A stretch of DNA of 64,000 nucleotides from an uncultured Bacteroidales bacterium. GTDB taxonomy: Bacteria; Bacteroidota; Bacteroidia; Bacteroidales; JAAYJT01. A program made the translations under genes and the position numbers. Positions 38,009 through 47,314 of this stretch are shown here, one piece after another. The stretch covers positions 99,151 to 163,150 of the forward strand of contig CAYGGZ010000002.1 in assembly GCA_964349765.1 (NCBI GenBank), read 5' to 3'. Within the stretch, counting starts at the first letter, position 1; every line of letters starts with the position of its first letter. A model generated the notes under the pieces. It did not search any database, was not told the origin of the DNA, and was given only the letters and a program-made list of their open reading frames with translations.

Positions 38009-38051
38009 TTTGCTGTTTTTCGCCGAAGCTTCATGACACGGCTTGTGTTTA

Positions 38052-38639
38052 TCAAGCCTGTTTTTCTTTCCCGACTTTAAACCATGTTTTCGCCCAAAGC
38101 CACAGGCGAAATATCAGAAATGCCTCAATTGCGCCTACGATCCCACCTGCAATTATATCGCCCGGATAATGCACCCCGAGATATACCCTGCTATATGAAA
38201 CCAGGCTCGACCAAACCAGCATAAAGATAGCCATGAACCTGAATTTGTTCCAAAACAGCAGCGCCATAAATGCAGCCAACGAGAATGTATTGCTGGCATG
38301 GGAAGATATAAAACCATACTTTCCGCCGCAGCGGCCGTGAGGTAGATACACCAATCCTTCCAGCGTTGGCTCATGACAGGGTCGCAGGCGTTGAAATACA
38401 TCTTTAAATGCAACTACAGAAACCCGATCGCTGATAGCAAATAGCAGAAGCGCCAAAATTACCAGCAGGATTGCCATCTTTCCATAATACCTGTAGAGCA
38501 GATATACTAAGAACAGGTACAACGGTATCCATATTTCGCGATGGCTTAGCCAGTACATTATAAAATCAGCAACCGGCGAACTGATTCCGTTCAGGAATAA
38601 AAAAAGCTGTGTATCAATGTGCATTAACCACTCAATCAT
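38052..38639 (-). CDS. PAP2 family phosphatase
   Basis: It carries KDVFQRLRP ... SSHASN ... [12 protein letters not shown], the three acid-phosphatase motifs, in a polytopic membrane protein. Confidence 0.88.
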   Translation of the reverse strand: MIEWLMHIDTQLFLFLNGISSPVADFIMYWLSHREIWIPLYLFLVYLLYRYYGKMAILLVILALLLFAISDRVSVVAFKDVFQRLRPCHEPTLEGLVYLPHGRCGGKYGFISSHASNTFSLAAFMALLFWNKFRFMAIFMLVWSSLVSYSRVYLGVHYPGDIIAGGIVGAIEAFLIFRLWLWAKTWFKVGKEKQA

Positions 38640-39642
38640 GATTGCCTGTTTTGAACTTATTTAACATCTGCCATAACATCTCTTTTAGTTTTGTTAATCC
38701 CAACCGGCTATGGGATGAAATAAAAACATGCGGAACCAAAGGTAGTTCCTTTTCCATTTCTTTGATCAGTTCATAGTCAATAAGGTCGGATTTTGTAATA
38801 GCCAAAAGCCGGTCTTTATCCAATAACTCGGGATTATATGTTTGCAACTCTTTAAGAAGAATGTTGTACTCGTCGGCAATATTTTTAGTGTCAACAGGTA
38901 TCATGAAGAGCAGTAGAGAGTTACGTTCTATATGACGTAAAAATCGTAGTCCGAGACCTCTTCCTTCGCTTGCTCCTTCGATAATTCCTGGGATATCGGC
39001 CATAATAAATGATTTCCGATCGTGGTAAGCAACAATTCCAAGGTTTGGGGTGAGTGTGGTGAACGGATAATCAGCAATTTCTGGTTTGGCGGCTGAGAGT
39101 TTGGAGAGTAATGTGCTTTTTCCTGCATTTGGAAAACCTACCAGGCCAACATCGGCAAGAATTTTCAACTCGACGGTTAACCACATTTCTTTGCCAGGCT
39201 CGCCGGGTTGAGAGAATTTTGGGGCTTGCATGGTAGCGCTTTTGAAAAAGTCGTTTCCTTTTCCACCTCTACCACCTTCCAGAATTACAAGGGTTTGATC
39301 ATGGTTAGTAACCTCGCCTAATACATTTCCTGTATCTGATTGGCAAACAATTGTTCCCAGCGGAACTTCGATAATTACGTCTCTGCCTGCTGCTCCGGTC
39401 ATCAATTGGCGGCCTCCGGATTCTCCATCACCAGCAAACAGGTGTTTAGTGTATCTAAGGTGTAGCAACGTCCAAAGTTGGCTGTTACCTTTGAGAATCA
39501 CATGCCCTCCACGGCCGCCATCGCCGCCGTCGGGACCGCCCCATGCCGTTTGTTTGGTTCGGATGAAATGCACCGATCCTGCCCCTCCCTTTCCTGAACG
39601 GCCAAATATTTTTACTAAATCAATAAAATTCTGATTTGTCAT
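38632..39642 (-). CDS. obg: GTPase Obg/CgtA
   Basis: [26 protein letters not shown]...[12 protein letters not shown] is the Obg fold. It is followed by the G domain [21 protein letters not shown] and TKSD. Confidence 0.95.
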   Translation of the reverse strand: MTNQNFIDLVKIFGRSGKGGAGSVHFIRTKQTAWGGPDGGDGGRGGHVILKGNSQLWTLLHLRYTKHLFAGDGESGGRQLMTGAAGRDVIIEVPLGTIVCQSDTGNVLGEVTNHDQTLVILEGGRGGKGNDFFKSATMQAPKFSQPGEPGKEMWLTVELKILADVGLVGFPNAGKSTLLSKLSAAKPEIADYPFTTLTPNLGIVAYHDRKSFIMADIPGIIEGASEGRGLGLRFLRHIERNSLLLFMIPVDTKNIADEYNILLKELQTYNPELLDKDRLLAITKSDLIDYELIKEMEKELPLVPHVFISSHSRLGLTKLKEMLWQMLNKFKTGNHD

Positions 39643-39645
39643 GTG

Positions 39646-40815
39646 TTAGCGTATGCTTTTATAAGCATATTCAACTGCAGCAAAAAGCCGTTCAAAAACC
39701 TCCTTTTCAGCACCGCGGCCATCAACAGCGGTGTATTTACCTTGTTTGCGGTAATATTCGGAAACCGGTAATGTTTTGGTTTCATGTTCTTCGAGCCGGT
39801 GAATTATCATATCGGTGGTCATATCGTAGCTTCTTCGTTTTTCGGTTTTACTACGCGCCGAAAGACGCTTAATCAGCTCAAGCGTAGGAACCTGAAGGTC
39901 AATGGCATACGAAACCGTAGAGTTCATGCGACGCAGCAAGCCGTCGAGTATATAGGCCTGAACGATGCTACGCGGAAATCCCTTAAAAATGAACCCACTT
40001 ACGTTAGGATGATCTTTTATTTCCCTTTCGATCAGCGGGATAGCAATATCGTCGGGAACAATCTCACCACGGTCAAGAAAAGGCCTTGCCAGTTGTCCGA
40101 TAGGGGTTTTTTTGTCTATCTCTTTTCTTAGCATCGATCCGGTAGAGATGTAAAACAGGTTGAACCGGTCGGCAAGGTATTTGGCCTGCGTTCCTTTACC
40201 TGCTCCCGGCGGGCCGGATATCACAAGGTTGAACCACACTTGCTGAAGCGTTTCGTCAATGGCTTGTGTCAATCGTGCGAACACCTCATCAATTGTTCCA
40301 ACGCCATTAATAGGAAAGTATTTGCCTTTTTCTTTGTAGAACTCGGCTACCGGAATAGTTTTAATATCGTATTCCTTGAACCTGTTTGCGATTATCTCTT
40401 TTTTATCGTCGTTGCGACCCTCAATTTCATACCTTTCAAGTACACGCTTGAGCAGTAATTCCCTGGGAGCATCAAGGCTGAGCATACATGTAAGAGAGCT
40501 TCCCAATTTTAGAAGCAAACCTTCTAAAATGTATGCCTGAACTACAGTTCTTGGAAACCCATCGAATAAAATACCATTTGTATCGAGTTCCTTATGGATT
40601 TTATTCTCAATAATTTGCACAATGATCTCATCGGAGGCCAAGCCTCCTTTTTCTATCTGCGCCTTTGCCTGCATTCCGAGTGCTGACTTGTTTGCTATCT
40701 CCTGCCGCAGGATATCTCCCGTTGAGATGTATGTCAGATTGTATTTTTCGACGAGTTTTTTTGATTGTGTTCCTTTTCCGGCGCCTGGGGGGCCAAAAAG
40801 AGCGATGTTCAACAT
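39646..40815 (-). CDS. adk: Tandem (two-domain) adenylate kinase fusion
   Basis: The 389-aa product has two complete Adk-like halves. The first spans aa 1-193 (40237-40815): FGPPGAGKGTQ, STGDILR, DGFPRT, GRNDD. The second spans aa 194-389 (39649-40236): SGPPGAGKGTQ, STGSMLR, KGFPRS, with the LID reading KRRSYD. By eye the halves are roughly 40% identical. Confidence 0.85.
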   Translation of the reverse strand: MLNIALFGPPGAGKGTQSKKLVEKYNLTYISTGDILRQEIANKSALGMQAKAQIEKGGLASDEIIVQIIENKIHKELDTNGILFDGFPRTVVQAYILEGLLLKLGSSLTCMLSLDAPRELLLKRVLERYEIEGRNDDKKEIIANRFKEYDIKTIPVAEFYKEKGKYFPINGVGTIDEVFARLTQAIDETLQQVWFNLVISGPPGAGKGTQAKYLADRFNLFYISTGSMLRKEIDKKTPIGQLARPFLDRGEIVPDDIAIPLIEREIKDHPNVSGFIFKGFPRSIVQAYILDGLLRRMNSTVSYAIDLQVPTLELIKRLSARSKTEKRRSYDMTTDMIIHRLEEHETKTLPVSEYYRKQGKYTAVDGRGAEKEVFERLFAAVEYAYKSIR

Positions 40816-40818
40816 ACT

Positions 40819-41367
40819 TTAATGTTTGATTTGTGGTACTATTTTGTAAATATCTCTCAGATTTCGTCCATAGCCGTCGTAATCAAGGCCATACCCAACT
40901 ATAAAATCGTTGGGTATCTCAATACCAATATAATCAATCGTGAGATCCTTCCGGAGAGCCGCAGGCTTTAGCAGGCATGTAGCAATTTTCACCTCGGTGG
41001 CATTAAGTGCCTTAATTTTGCGAACCAATTCATCCATGGTGTGACCTGTATCAATTATATCCTCAACAACAACAACGGTCCTATTTGCTATTTCCTCATT
41101 TAAACCAATCAGTTCCCTTACTACCTGCGTTGAATGAATACCGTCGTACGACGAAAGCCTGACAAACGAAACATGGCAATCAACATTAATCCGGCGAATT
41201 AAATCAGCAGCAAATATAAAAGCGCCGTTAAGTATTACAAGAAACAACGGCAACTTTCCTTCCATGTCGGAATTTATACGCCCGGCCATTCTTTCAACTG
41301 CTGCTTCAATCTCAGATGCAGGTATGAATGGTTCAAAGTACTTGTCTTTCAGCCGAATAGTTTTCAT
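40819..41367 (-). CDS. hpt: Hypoxanthine phosphoribosyltransferase
   Basis: The 182-aa product has ...VVVVEDIIDTGHTM... (PRPP-binding motif) and ...IPNDFIVGYGLDY... Confidence 0.92.
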   Translation of the reverse strand: MKTIRLKDKYFEPFIPASEIEAAVERMAGRINSDMEGKLPLFLVILNGAFIFAADLIRRINVDCHVSFVRLSSYDGIHSTQVVRELIGLNEEIANRTVVVVEDIIDTGHTMDELVRKIKALNATEVKIATCLLKPAALRKDLTIDYIGIEIPNDFIVGYGLDYDGYGRNLRDIYKIVPQIKH

Positions 41368-41503
41368 TTATCCTCGTTATTTTATCTGAACAGCCTCAGT
41401 TTTAATCCCTTGTTTATATTAAAAATCTTTTGAGCGGTTTAATTGCAAACCTACAAAAAAATGGTTCGTAATAATTTTTACTGCAAAAATGCAGAAATAG
41501 ATT

Positions 41504-41562
41504 AACCCAGACGTACTTAATAGTTCTGCACTAACGGTCTTTTAATTGATTAATCCGGGTTT
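41504..41562 (-). repeat. Intergenic structured repeat, copy E (5' module only, diverged, minus orientation)
   Basis: The reverse complement aaacccggattaatcaattaaaagaccgttagtgcagaactattaagtacgtctgggtt aligns colinearly with the first ~60 nt of the 123-bp unit. It lies 35 nt downstream of the minus-strand O-methyltransferase stop. Confidence 0.5.
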
Positions 41563-41597
41563 AACTGTCAGTGGTAACCGGGTGCAAAGCAAAATTG

Positions 41598-42239
41598 TCA
41601 TTTTTTTCTGATAAGCATTATTCCGTCGCGTAACGGAAGAATCAGGTTTTCGCACCTGGAATCTTTCCTGACATGGTTATTAAACTTGCGAATGCAAAGG
41701 GTATCTTTATCGTCGTCGAATGCGGGGTCTGTAACTTTGCCGTGCCACAACACATTGTCGGCAATGATAAAGCCTCCGGGGCGCAACAAAGGAATTATCA
41801 ATTCATAAAGCTCCACATACAACTCTTTGGCAGCATCAAGATAAACCAGGTCGAACAATTGTGTGAATTTTGGAAGGAGTTGCAATGCATCGCCGCAGTG
41901 CCATACAATTTGGTTGCTCAAACCGGCGAGCCTGAAATATCGTTTAGAAATTTCCTCAAGTTCGGGGTTGATGTCGATTGTGTGCAGTTTTCCGTCGGGT
42001 TTTAAGCCAGAAGCAAGGCAAATGGCAGAGTATCCGGTGAAGGTCCCGATCTCAAGAATCATGTCAGGGTTTAACATCTTGCTGATCATTCGCAGAAGAC
42101 TTCCCTGAATGTGGCCAGCTAACATTTGCGGGGATACGGTTGTGAGCCATGTTTCACGGCTTAATTTGCTGAGTACCTCTGGCTCAGGCGAAGAGTGTTC
42201 GAAAATGTATTTAATGGCGCTATTCTCTGCTTCTTGCAT
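41598..42239 (-). CDS. Class I SAM-dependent O-methyltransferase (caffeoyl-CoA OMT-like)
   Basis: ...ILEIGTFTGYSAICLA...VYLDAAKELY...GGFIIADNVLWHGKV... matches the Methyltransf_3 pattern. Confidence 0.85.
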   Translation of the reverse strand: MQEAENSAIKYIFEHSSPEPEVLSKLSRETWLTTVSPQMLAGHIQGSLLRMISKMLNPDMILEIGTFTGYSAICLASGLKPDGKLHTIDINPELEEISKRYFRLAGLSNQIVWHCGDALQLLPKFTQLFDLVYLDAAKELYVELYELIIPLLRPGGFIIADNVLWHGKVTDPAFDDDKDTLCIRKFNNHVRKDSRCENLILPLRDGIMLIRKK

Positions 42240-42522
42240 AATTAATTATAGATTTTGGTTTTCCTGGGTACTGGCAAAATACTATCGGTGAGTATATGCG
42301 GATTAACCTGGAACTAAAAATTCTCAACGATGTATATAGAAGATTTGCAAACACATTAAATCGCATTCTATCAATTTTATTATCTGTCAATGCCAATTTA
42401 GCGTGGTAGATTCTTTCCAAAATTTAATTGAAGTAGCTCTTCCAGCCCTGTTCTTTCAATTTGTTCCCAAAGCAATATTTTCCGGTGCAGTAAAGCATAA
42501 TGACTGTTTATTGAATTAAGGA

Positions 42523-43008
42523 TTATGCGGGTTTAATCTCAAGGCGGTTTAGTAGCTGTTCGAGCCAGATCGTAGAAGCGTATATATCAGTTTCAGGAGG
42601 AGCCCACGGAGCGAAGTTTTTGTCATCTATGGGGTCATACGGGCCATCCTTAACTTCATAAGCCACCGAACCACTTTCAATTGAAACAAGGCTATGCCAT
42701 GTGCGGGGAGGCAAATCAATACCAAAACATCCTTTATCGCGGTTCAATACATGGCAATCAATCACATCGCCCTGTTCATTAAAAAGAACAACTGCGATTG
42801 TACCTCTGATAATCCAGAATGCTTCCCGTTTGTCGGGGTTCTCATGTTTGTGGGGACGAATGTATGTTCCTGGCTCCATGGCGTTAAGCAAGCGTTGGAG
42901 AGTGTCGGAATAGTCCTTATGGAAATTGTAATTTTTTCGCTTGCGGTTCGACGCTCTGGCTTCGGCTGTTATTTGATCGAGGAGTTGATTATCAACAAGT
43001 TGAATCAT
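42523..43008 (-). CDS. WbuC-family cupin-fold protein
   Basis: ...ARASNRKRKNYNFHKDYSDTLQRLLNAMEPGTYIRPHKH...REAFWIIRG... is the typical WbuC cupin signature. Confidence 0.75.
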   Translation of the reverse strand: MIQLVDNQLLDQITAEARASNRKRKNYNFHKDYSDTLQRLLNAMEPGTYIRPHKHENPDKREAFWIIRGTIAVVLFNEQGDVIDCHVLNRDKGCFGIDLPPRTWHSLVSIESGSVAYEVKDGPYDPIDDKNFAPWAPPETDIYASTIWLEQLLNRLEIKPA

Positions 43009-43107
43009 GACAGGTGACTTAAGATGGTAAGCTGGCGTTTCAGAAAACAGATAATTTTGAGATTGAAATATCCTAATAATTAGTGAACCTTTATATATGA
43101 GGCGTTG

Positions 43108-44784
43108 TCATCTCACTAATTTCTTGTATCTGATACGTTTTGGATTGATTTCGCCCGTTCGTTTCCGACGATTTTCTTCATACTCGGAATAGCCTCCCTC
43201 GAAGAAATACACTTGCGAGTTGCCTTCGAATGCAAGCATATGGGTTGCTACTCTGTCGAGAAACCAGCGGTCGTGTGAGATAACAACCGCACAACCGGCA
43301 AAATTTTCCAGCCCTTCTTCAAGGGCTCGCAGGGTATTTACATCAATGTCGTTCGAGGGTTCGTCAAGAAGCAACAGATTAGCTTCGGAGCGCAGAGTGA
43401 GTGCCAGATGCAGGCGGTTGCGTTCACCTCCCGACAGCACTTTTGTTTTCTTTTCCTGGTCGGCACCAGTGAAGTTGAATCTCGCAACATAGGCGCGTGA
43501 ATTGATAAGTTTGCCGCCTAACTGAATTTGTTCATTACCTTCCGAAATCACCTCCCAAACAGTTTTTTCGGGATCTATAGCAGTATGCGCCTGATCGATG
43601 TATCCGACACTTACTGTTTCGCCAATTGAAAAATTACCTTTGTCAGGGGTTTCCATCCCCATTATCAGCCTGAAGAGAGTGGTTTTTCCGGCACCGTTTG
43701 GACCGATCACTCCTACTATACCGGCAGGCGGAAGCGAGAAGCTAAGGTTTTCGAAAAGGAGCTTATCGCCGTATTCTTTAGCTATATTATGTGCTTCAAT
43801 CACTTTATTACCTAACCGTGGTCCGTTGGGGATGAAAATTTCAAGTCGTTCTTCTTTTTGTTTCACATCCTCATTGAGCAATCGTTCGTAGGCTGAGAGC
43901 CGTGCTTTTGCTTTAGCATGGCGGGCTTTGGGCGCCATGCGCACCCATTCAAGTTCCCGTTCGAGTGTTTTGCGGCGGCGCGATTCGGTTTTTTCTTCCA
44001 TAGCCAACCGGTTCGATTTCTGTTCAAGCCACGAACTATAGTTTCCTTTCCAGGGAATTCCTTCGCCACGGTCGAGTTCAAGGATCCATCCGGCCACATT
44101 ATCAAGAAAATATCGGTCGTGGGTAACGGCTATAACGGTTCCCTTGTATTTCTGCAAGTGTTGCTCAAGCCATTCGATCGACTCGGCATCGAGATGATTG
44201 GTAGGTTCGTCGAGCAAAAGGATATCTGGTTCGGACAGGAGCAACCTGCACAGCGCTACGCGTCGGCGTTCGCCACCAGAGAGGGTTTTAACTATAGCAT
44301 CAGGTTCCGGACAGCGCAGCGCATCCATTGCTCTATCCAATTTTGTGTCCAACTCCCATGCGCCGTGCTGCTCGATAAGCTCGGTGAGCTCGCCCTGCCG
44401 CACAATTAAACGTTCCATCTGATCGTCGGTGAGAGGTTCACTAAAGCGGTTGTTAATCTCTTCGTATTCTTTCAGCAGTTCAACAACCTGCTGCACACCT
44501 TCTTCAATAATTTCGCGCACTGTTTTATTATCATCCAGAAGTGGTTCCTGTTCAAGAAGTCCAACACTATAACCCGGTGAAAAAACCACTTCGCCCTGAT
44601 ATGATTTATCAATGCCAGCTATTATTCTGAGCAGTGTTGATTTTCCCGACCCGTTAAGACCGATTATCCCGATTTTAGCGCCGTAAAAAAAACTCAGATA
44701 GATATCTTTGAGAATTTGCCGGTTAGGAGGTACTAATTTACCCACACCAACCATTGAGAAGATGATTTTTTTGTTGTCGGTCAT
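43108..44784 (-). CDS. ettA: Energy-dependent translational throttle ABC-F ATPase EttA
   Basis: The 558-aa product has two ABC cassettes (GLNGSGKSTLL/LSGGERRRVAL/LLLDEPTNHLD and GPNGAGKTTLF/LSGGERNRLHL/LLLDEPSNDID) and the EttA-type N-terminus (IFSMVGVGKLVPPNRQILKDI). Confidence 0.93.
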   Translation of the reverse strand: MTDNKKIIFSMVGVGKLVPPNRQILKDIYLSFFYGAKIGIIGLNGSGKSTLLRIIAGIDKSYQGEVVFSPGYSVGLLEQEPLLDDNKTVREIIEEGVQQVVELLKEYEEINNRFSEPLTDDQMERLIVRQGELTELIEQHGAWELDTKLDRAMDALRCPEPDAIVKTLSGGERRRVALCRLLLSEPDILLLDEPTNHLDAESIEWLEQHLQKYKGTVIAVTHDRYFLDNVAGWILELDRGEGIPWKGNYSSWLEQKSNRLAMEEKTESRRRKTLERELEWVRMAPKARHAKAKARLSAYERLLNEDVKQKEERLEIFIPNGPRLGNKVIEAHNIAKEYGDKLLFENLSFSLPPAGIVGVIGPNGAGKTTLFRLIMGMETPDKGNFSIGETVSVGYIDQAHTAIDPEKTVWEVISEGNEQIQLGGKLINSRAYVARFNFTGADQEKKTKVLSGGERNRLHLALTLRSEANLLLLDEPSNDIDVNTLRALEEGLENFAGCAVVISHDRWFLDRVATHMLAFEGNSQVYFFEGGYSEYEENRRKRTGEINPKRIRYKKLVR

Positions 44785-44895
44785 GATTTGTTGTTATCTG
44801 CTACCAATTTTGCAAAAGTATCAAAATCGCTATTAGTTCCTATTCATTTTCTTCACTTAAACCCACAAGATTTTGATGGTTGTGTGCCTTTTTAT

Positions 44896-44903
44896 TATGT
44901 TTG
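44896..44903 (+). promoter_or_regulatory. Candidate -7 promoter motif TAtgTTTG
   Basis: TAnnTTTG match 35 nt upstream of ATG 44938. It supports the shorter start for the GT4 gene. Confidence 0.4.
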
Positions 44904-44937
44904 CAGGCTACAATCTCTGTTACTTATTATCTGTTTC

Positions 44938-46137
44938 ATGGAGTTTCTGATTCTTGCCAACAAGCTTCCTTATCCTCCTAACGACGGTGGTGCGATAGCA
45001 ACTTTAAGCATGGCAAAATCTCTGGCCGAGTTGGGTCATCGTGTGTCCCTGTTATCAATGAATACTTCCAAGCACTTTTGCAATCCTACCACAATCCCGC
45101 CAACACTTAAGCAATTAATTGAATTCATTGCAGTTGACATCAACACCGATATTTCGGTTCGCAGCGCATTCAGAAATTATTTTAACACTTCCATTCCATA
45201 CAATGCAGAGCGATTTATCACGTCTGAGTATAACAGTAAATTAACCGAACTACTTCTTTCCCGCCATTTCGATGTGATTCAGATGGAGGGTCTTTATCTC
45301 GGGCCTTACATACGCACTATCCGTAAACTCAGCAGATCGCTTATAAGTATGCGTGCACACAATGTTGAACACGAAATTTGGCAACGCACCGCTGCTGTAG
45401 CCGGAGGAATTAAAGGGTTGTATCTGGCAAACCTTGCCAAACGAATCAAACGTTTCGAAACTTCCATGATCAACAACTACGACACTTTGATTCCAATCAC
45501 CGGTCGTGATGCCGGGGTTTTCCGGAAACTGGGCTGCAATATACCAATACATGTAGCTCCTACAGGAGTGAACACACATAATCTTGAACCTGATCCCGAC
45601 CAGGCAGAATTTCCTTCTCTTTTCCATATCGGCGCCCTTGATTGGGCTCCTAACCAGGAAGGATTAAGATGGTTTTTTAACAAGGTATGGCATAAGGTTC
45701 ACAAAATGTGCCCCAATCTTAAATTTTATCTCGCCGGTCGTAATGCGCCACGGTGGTTTCGTGAAATAAACGAACCAAATGTTGTGTTTATGGGCGAGGT
45801 GCCCGATGCGCATGTTTTTATACGCTCGAAAGCCATTATGATTGTTCCACTGTTTTCTGGAAGTGGTTTAAGAATAAAAATAATTGAAGGGATGGCCTTG
45901 GGCAAGGCAATTGTAACCACCACAATCGGTACTGAAGGTATTAGCAGTACATACGGCGAAAATATCATGATTGCCGACGATCCTGAGCGTTTCGCACAAG
46001 CCATCTTCCAACTTGTTGAATCAGAACAGCTAACAAGAAAACTTGGCAGTAATGCGGCACGGTTTGTAAGGCAGTATTACGACAACAGCGCTATCACACG
46101 ATCGCTTGTTGATTTTTATTCAGCAAACCTTTTCTGA
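44938..46137 (+). CDS. Glycosyltransferase family 4
   Basis: From ATG 44938 the translation reads MEFLILANKLPYPPNDGGAIATLSMAKSLAELGH.... The C-terminus ...SGSGLRIKIIEGMALGKAIVTTTIGTEGI... is GT-B like. The upstream 50 codons of the track ORF are not protein-like. Confidence 0.8.
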   Translation: MEFLILANKLPYPPNDGGAIATLSMAKSLAELGHRVSLLSMNTSKHFCNPTTIPPTLKQLIEFIAVDINTDISVRSAFRNYFNTSIPYNAERFITSEYNSKLTELLLSRHFDVIQMEGLYLGPYIRTIRKLSRSLISMRAHNVEHEIWQRTAAVAGGIKGLYLANLAKRIKRFETSMINNYDTLIPITGRDAGVFRKLGCNIPIHVAPTGVNTHNLEPDPDQAEFPSLFHIGALDWAPNQEGLRWFFNKVWHKVHKMCPNLKFYLAGRNAPRWFREINEPNVVFMGEVPDAHVFIRSKAIMIVPLFSGSGLRIKIIEGMALGKAIVTTTIGTEGISSTYGENIMIADDPERFAQAIFQLVESEQLTRKLGSNAARFVRQYYDNSAITRSLVDFYSANLF

Positions 46138-46138
46138 A

Positions 46139-47308
46139 ATGGAGATTTTGTTCTGGGTTTCGATATCGCTGATTTTCTATAGTTACCTGCTTTATCCGTT
46201 TCTACTCAGGATTTTGGCATTGGGTCGCAAAAGTAACGAAATCAGGTATGAATTTGCTGAACTGCCGGATGTTTCGGTTCTTGTTGCCGCTTGCAACGAA
46301 GAAGCAGTCATTGTTGAAAAACTCAAAAGTGTCGCACAGAGCAATTATCCTTCAGGCCGAATCGAAATACTTGTTGGCTCCGATGCCTCAACCGACAATA
46401 CGGTATCTTTAACAAGAGCGCTTGAACAGGAAATCAGCAGATTGCATTGCTTCGATTTTACTTCTCGTCGCGGCAAACCGTCGGTTATAAATAATCTTGC
46501 TGAAATAGCTCAGGGCGAAATCATTGTTCTTACTGACGCCAATGTGATTTTCACACCTCAAACTTTGCAAAATATTGTGAGGCATTTTCGCAATCCCGAT
46601 ATTGGTTTGGTTGATAGCAATATGAGAAACAGAGGACTAAACTCCGGAGGCATCTCTTGTCAGGAAACGGCTTATATCTCGCGTGAGGTTTGGATCAAAA
46701 ACCTCGAAAGCCGCGTATGGGGCGCCATGATGGGGCCATTTGGCGGGTGCTATGCACTACGAAAAAGTGAGTACCCCATAGTGCCTCCGCATTCGTTGGT
46801 TGATGACTTCTATATCAACATGAAGATTCTTGAGATGGGAAAGAGAGCCATCAACGATTTGGATTCAATTGTTTACGAGGACGTTTCAAACAGCCTGAGT
46901 GCAGAATTTAGAAGAAAAGTACGGATTGCAACCGGAAACTTTCAAAATCTCCGGCGTTTTAAACACCTTTTATGGCCGCCAACAACCGGAATTGCCATCG
47001 CTTTCCTCTCCCATAAAGTTATCAGGTGGTTTGGCCCTCTGCTGATAATTGCAGGGTTTATTTCCAATGCCTTTCTGGCAGTGAACGGAGGATTATATTT
47101 GCTTCTTTTTGCGGGGCAGCTTTCTGCTTTTTTCGCGATCCCCTTAATAGATTTTCTCCTAAAAAAAGTTGGCATTCATGTTAAACTTTTCAGGTTTGCT
47201 GTGCACTTCATCAGCATGAATTGTGCTCTCTTAGCCGGAATGATTCGAAATTTAAAGGGAGTCAAATCGGGAGTGTGGAAACCGACCCCCCGCTATCAAG
47301 GAAGATAG
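46139..47308 (+). CDS. Membrane-anchored glycosyltransferase family 2 (processive-type architecture)
   Basis: The order is an N-terminal TM segment, a GT-A domain (VSVLVAACNEE..., GSDASTDNT, LTDANV), then HKVIRW (a QxxRW-like motif) and C-terminal TM helices. The start ATG 46139 lies 1 nt after the GT4 stop. Confidence 0.75.
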   Translation: MEILFWVSISLIFYSYLLYPFLLRILALGRKSNEIRYEFAELPDVSVLVAACNEEAVIVEKLKSVAQSNYPSGRIEILVGSDASTDNTVSLTRALEQEISRLHCFDFTSRRGKPSVINNLAEIAQGEIIVLTDANVIFTPQTLQNIVRHFRNPDIGLVDSNMRNRGLNSGGISCQETAYISREVWIKNLESRVWGAMMGPFGGCYALRKSEYPIVPPHSLVDDFYINMKILEMGKRAINDLDSIVYEDVSNSLSAEFRRKVRIATGNFQNLRRFKHLLWPPTTGIAIAFLSHKVIRWFGPLLIIAGFISNAFLAVNGGLYLLLFAGQLSAFFAIPLIDFLLKKVGIHVKLFRFAVHFISMNCALLAGMIRNLKGVKSGVWKPTPRYQGR

Positions 47309-47314
47309 ACCGAA

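Noticed and set aside
42240-42522. 283-bp gap with a 66-aa minus-strand ORF (42220-42420)
   Set aside because: The ORF overlaps the O-methyltransferase start, has an odd composition and no recognisable motif. It is more likely promoter/5'-UTR space.
44788-44937. 50-codon N-terminal extension of the GT4 ORF (and 46106-46138 for the GT2 ORF)
   Set aside because: The extensions start at non-ATG or weak positions, run through promoter-like sequence (TAtgTTTG at 44896), and are not protein-like. The internal ATGs give canonical GT N-termini.
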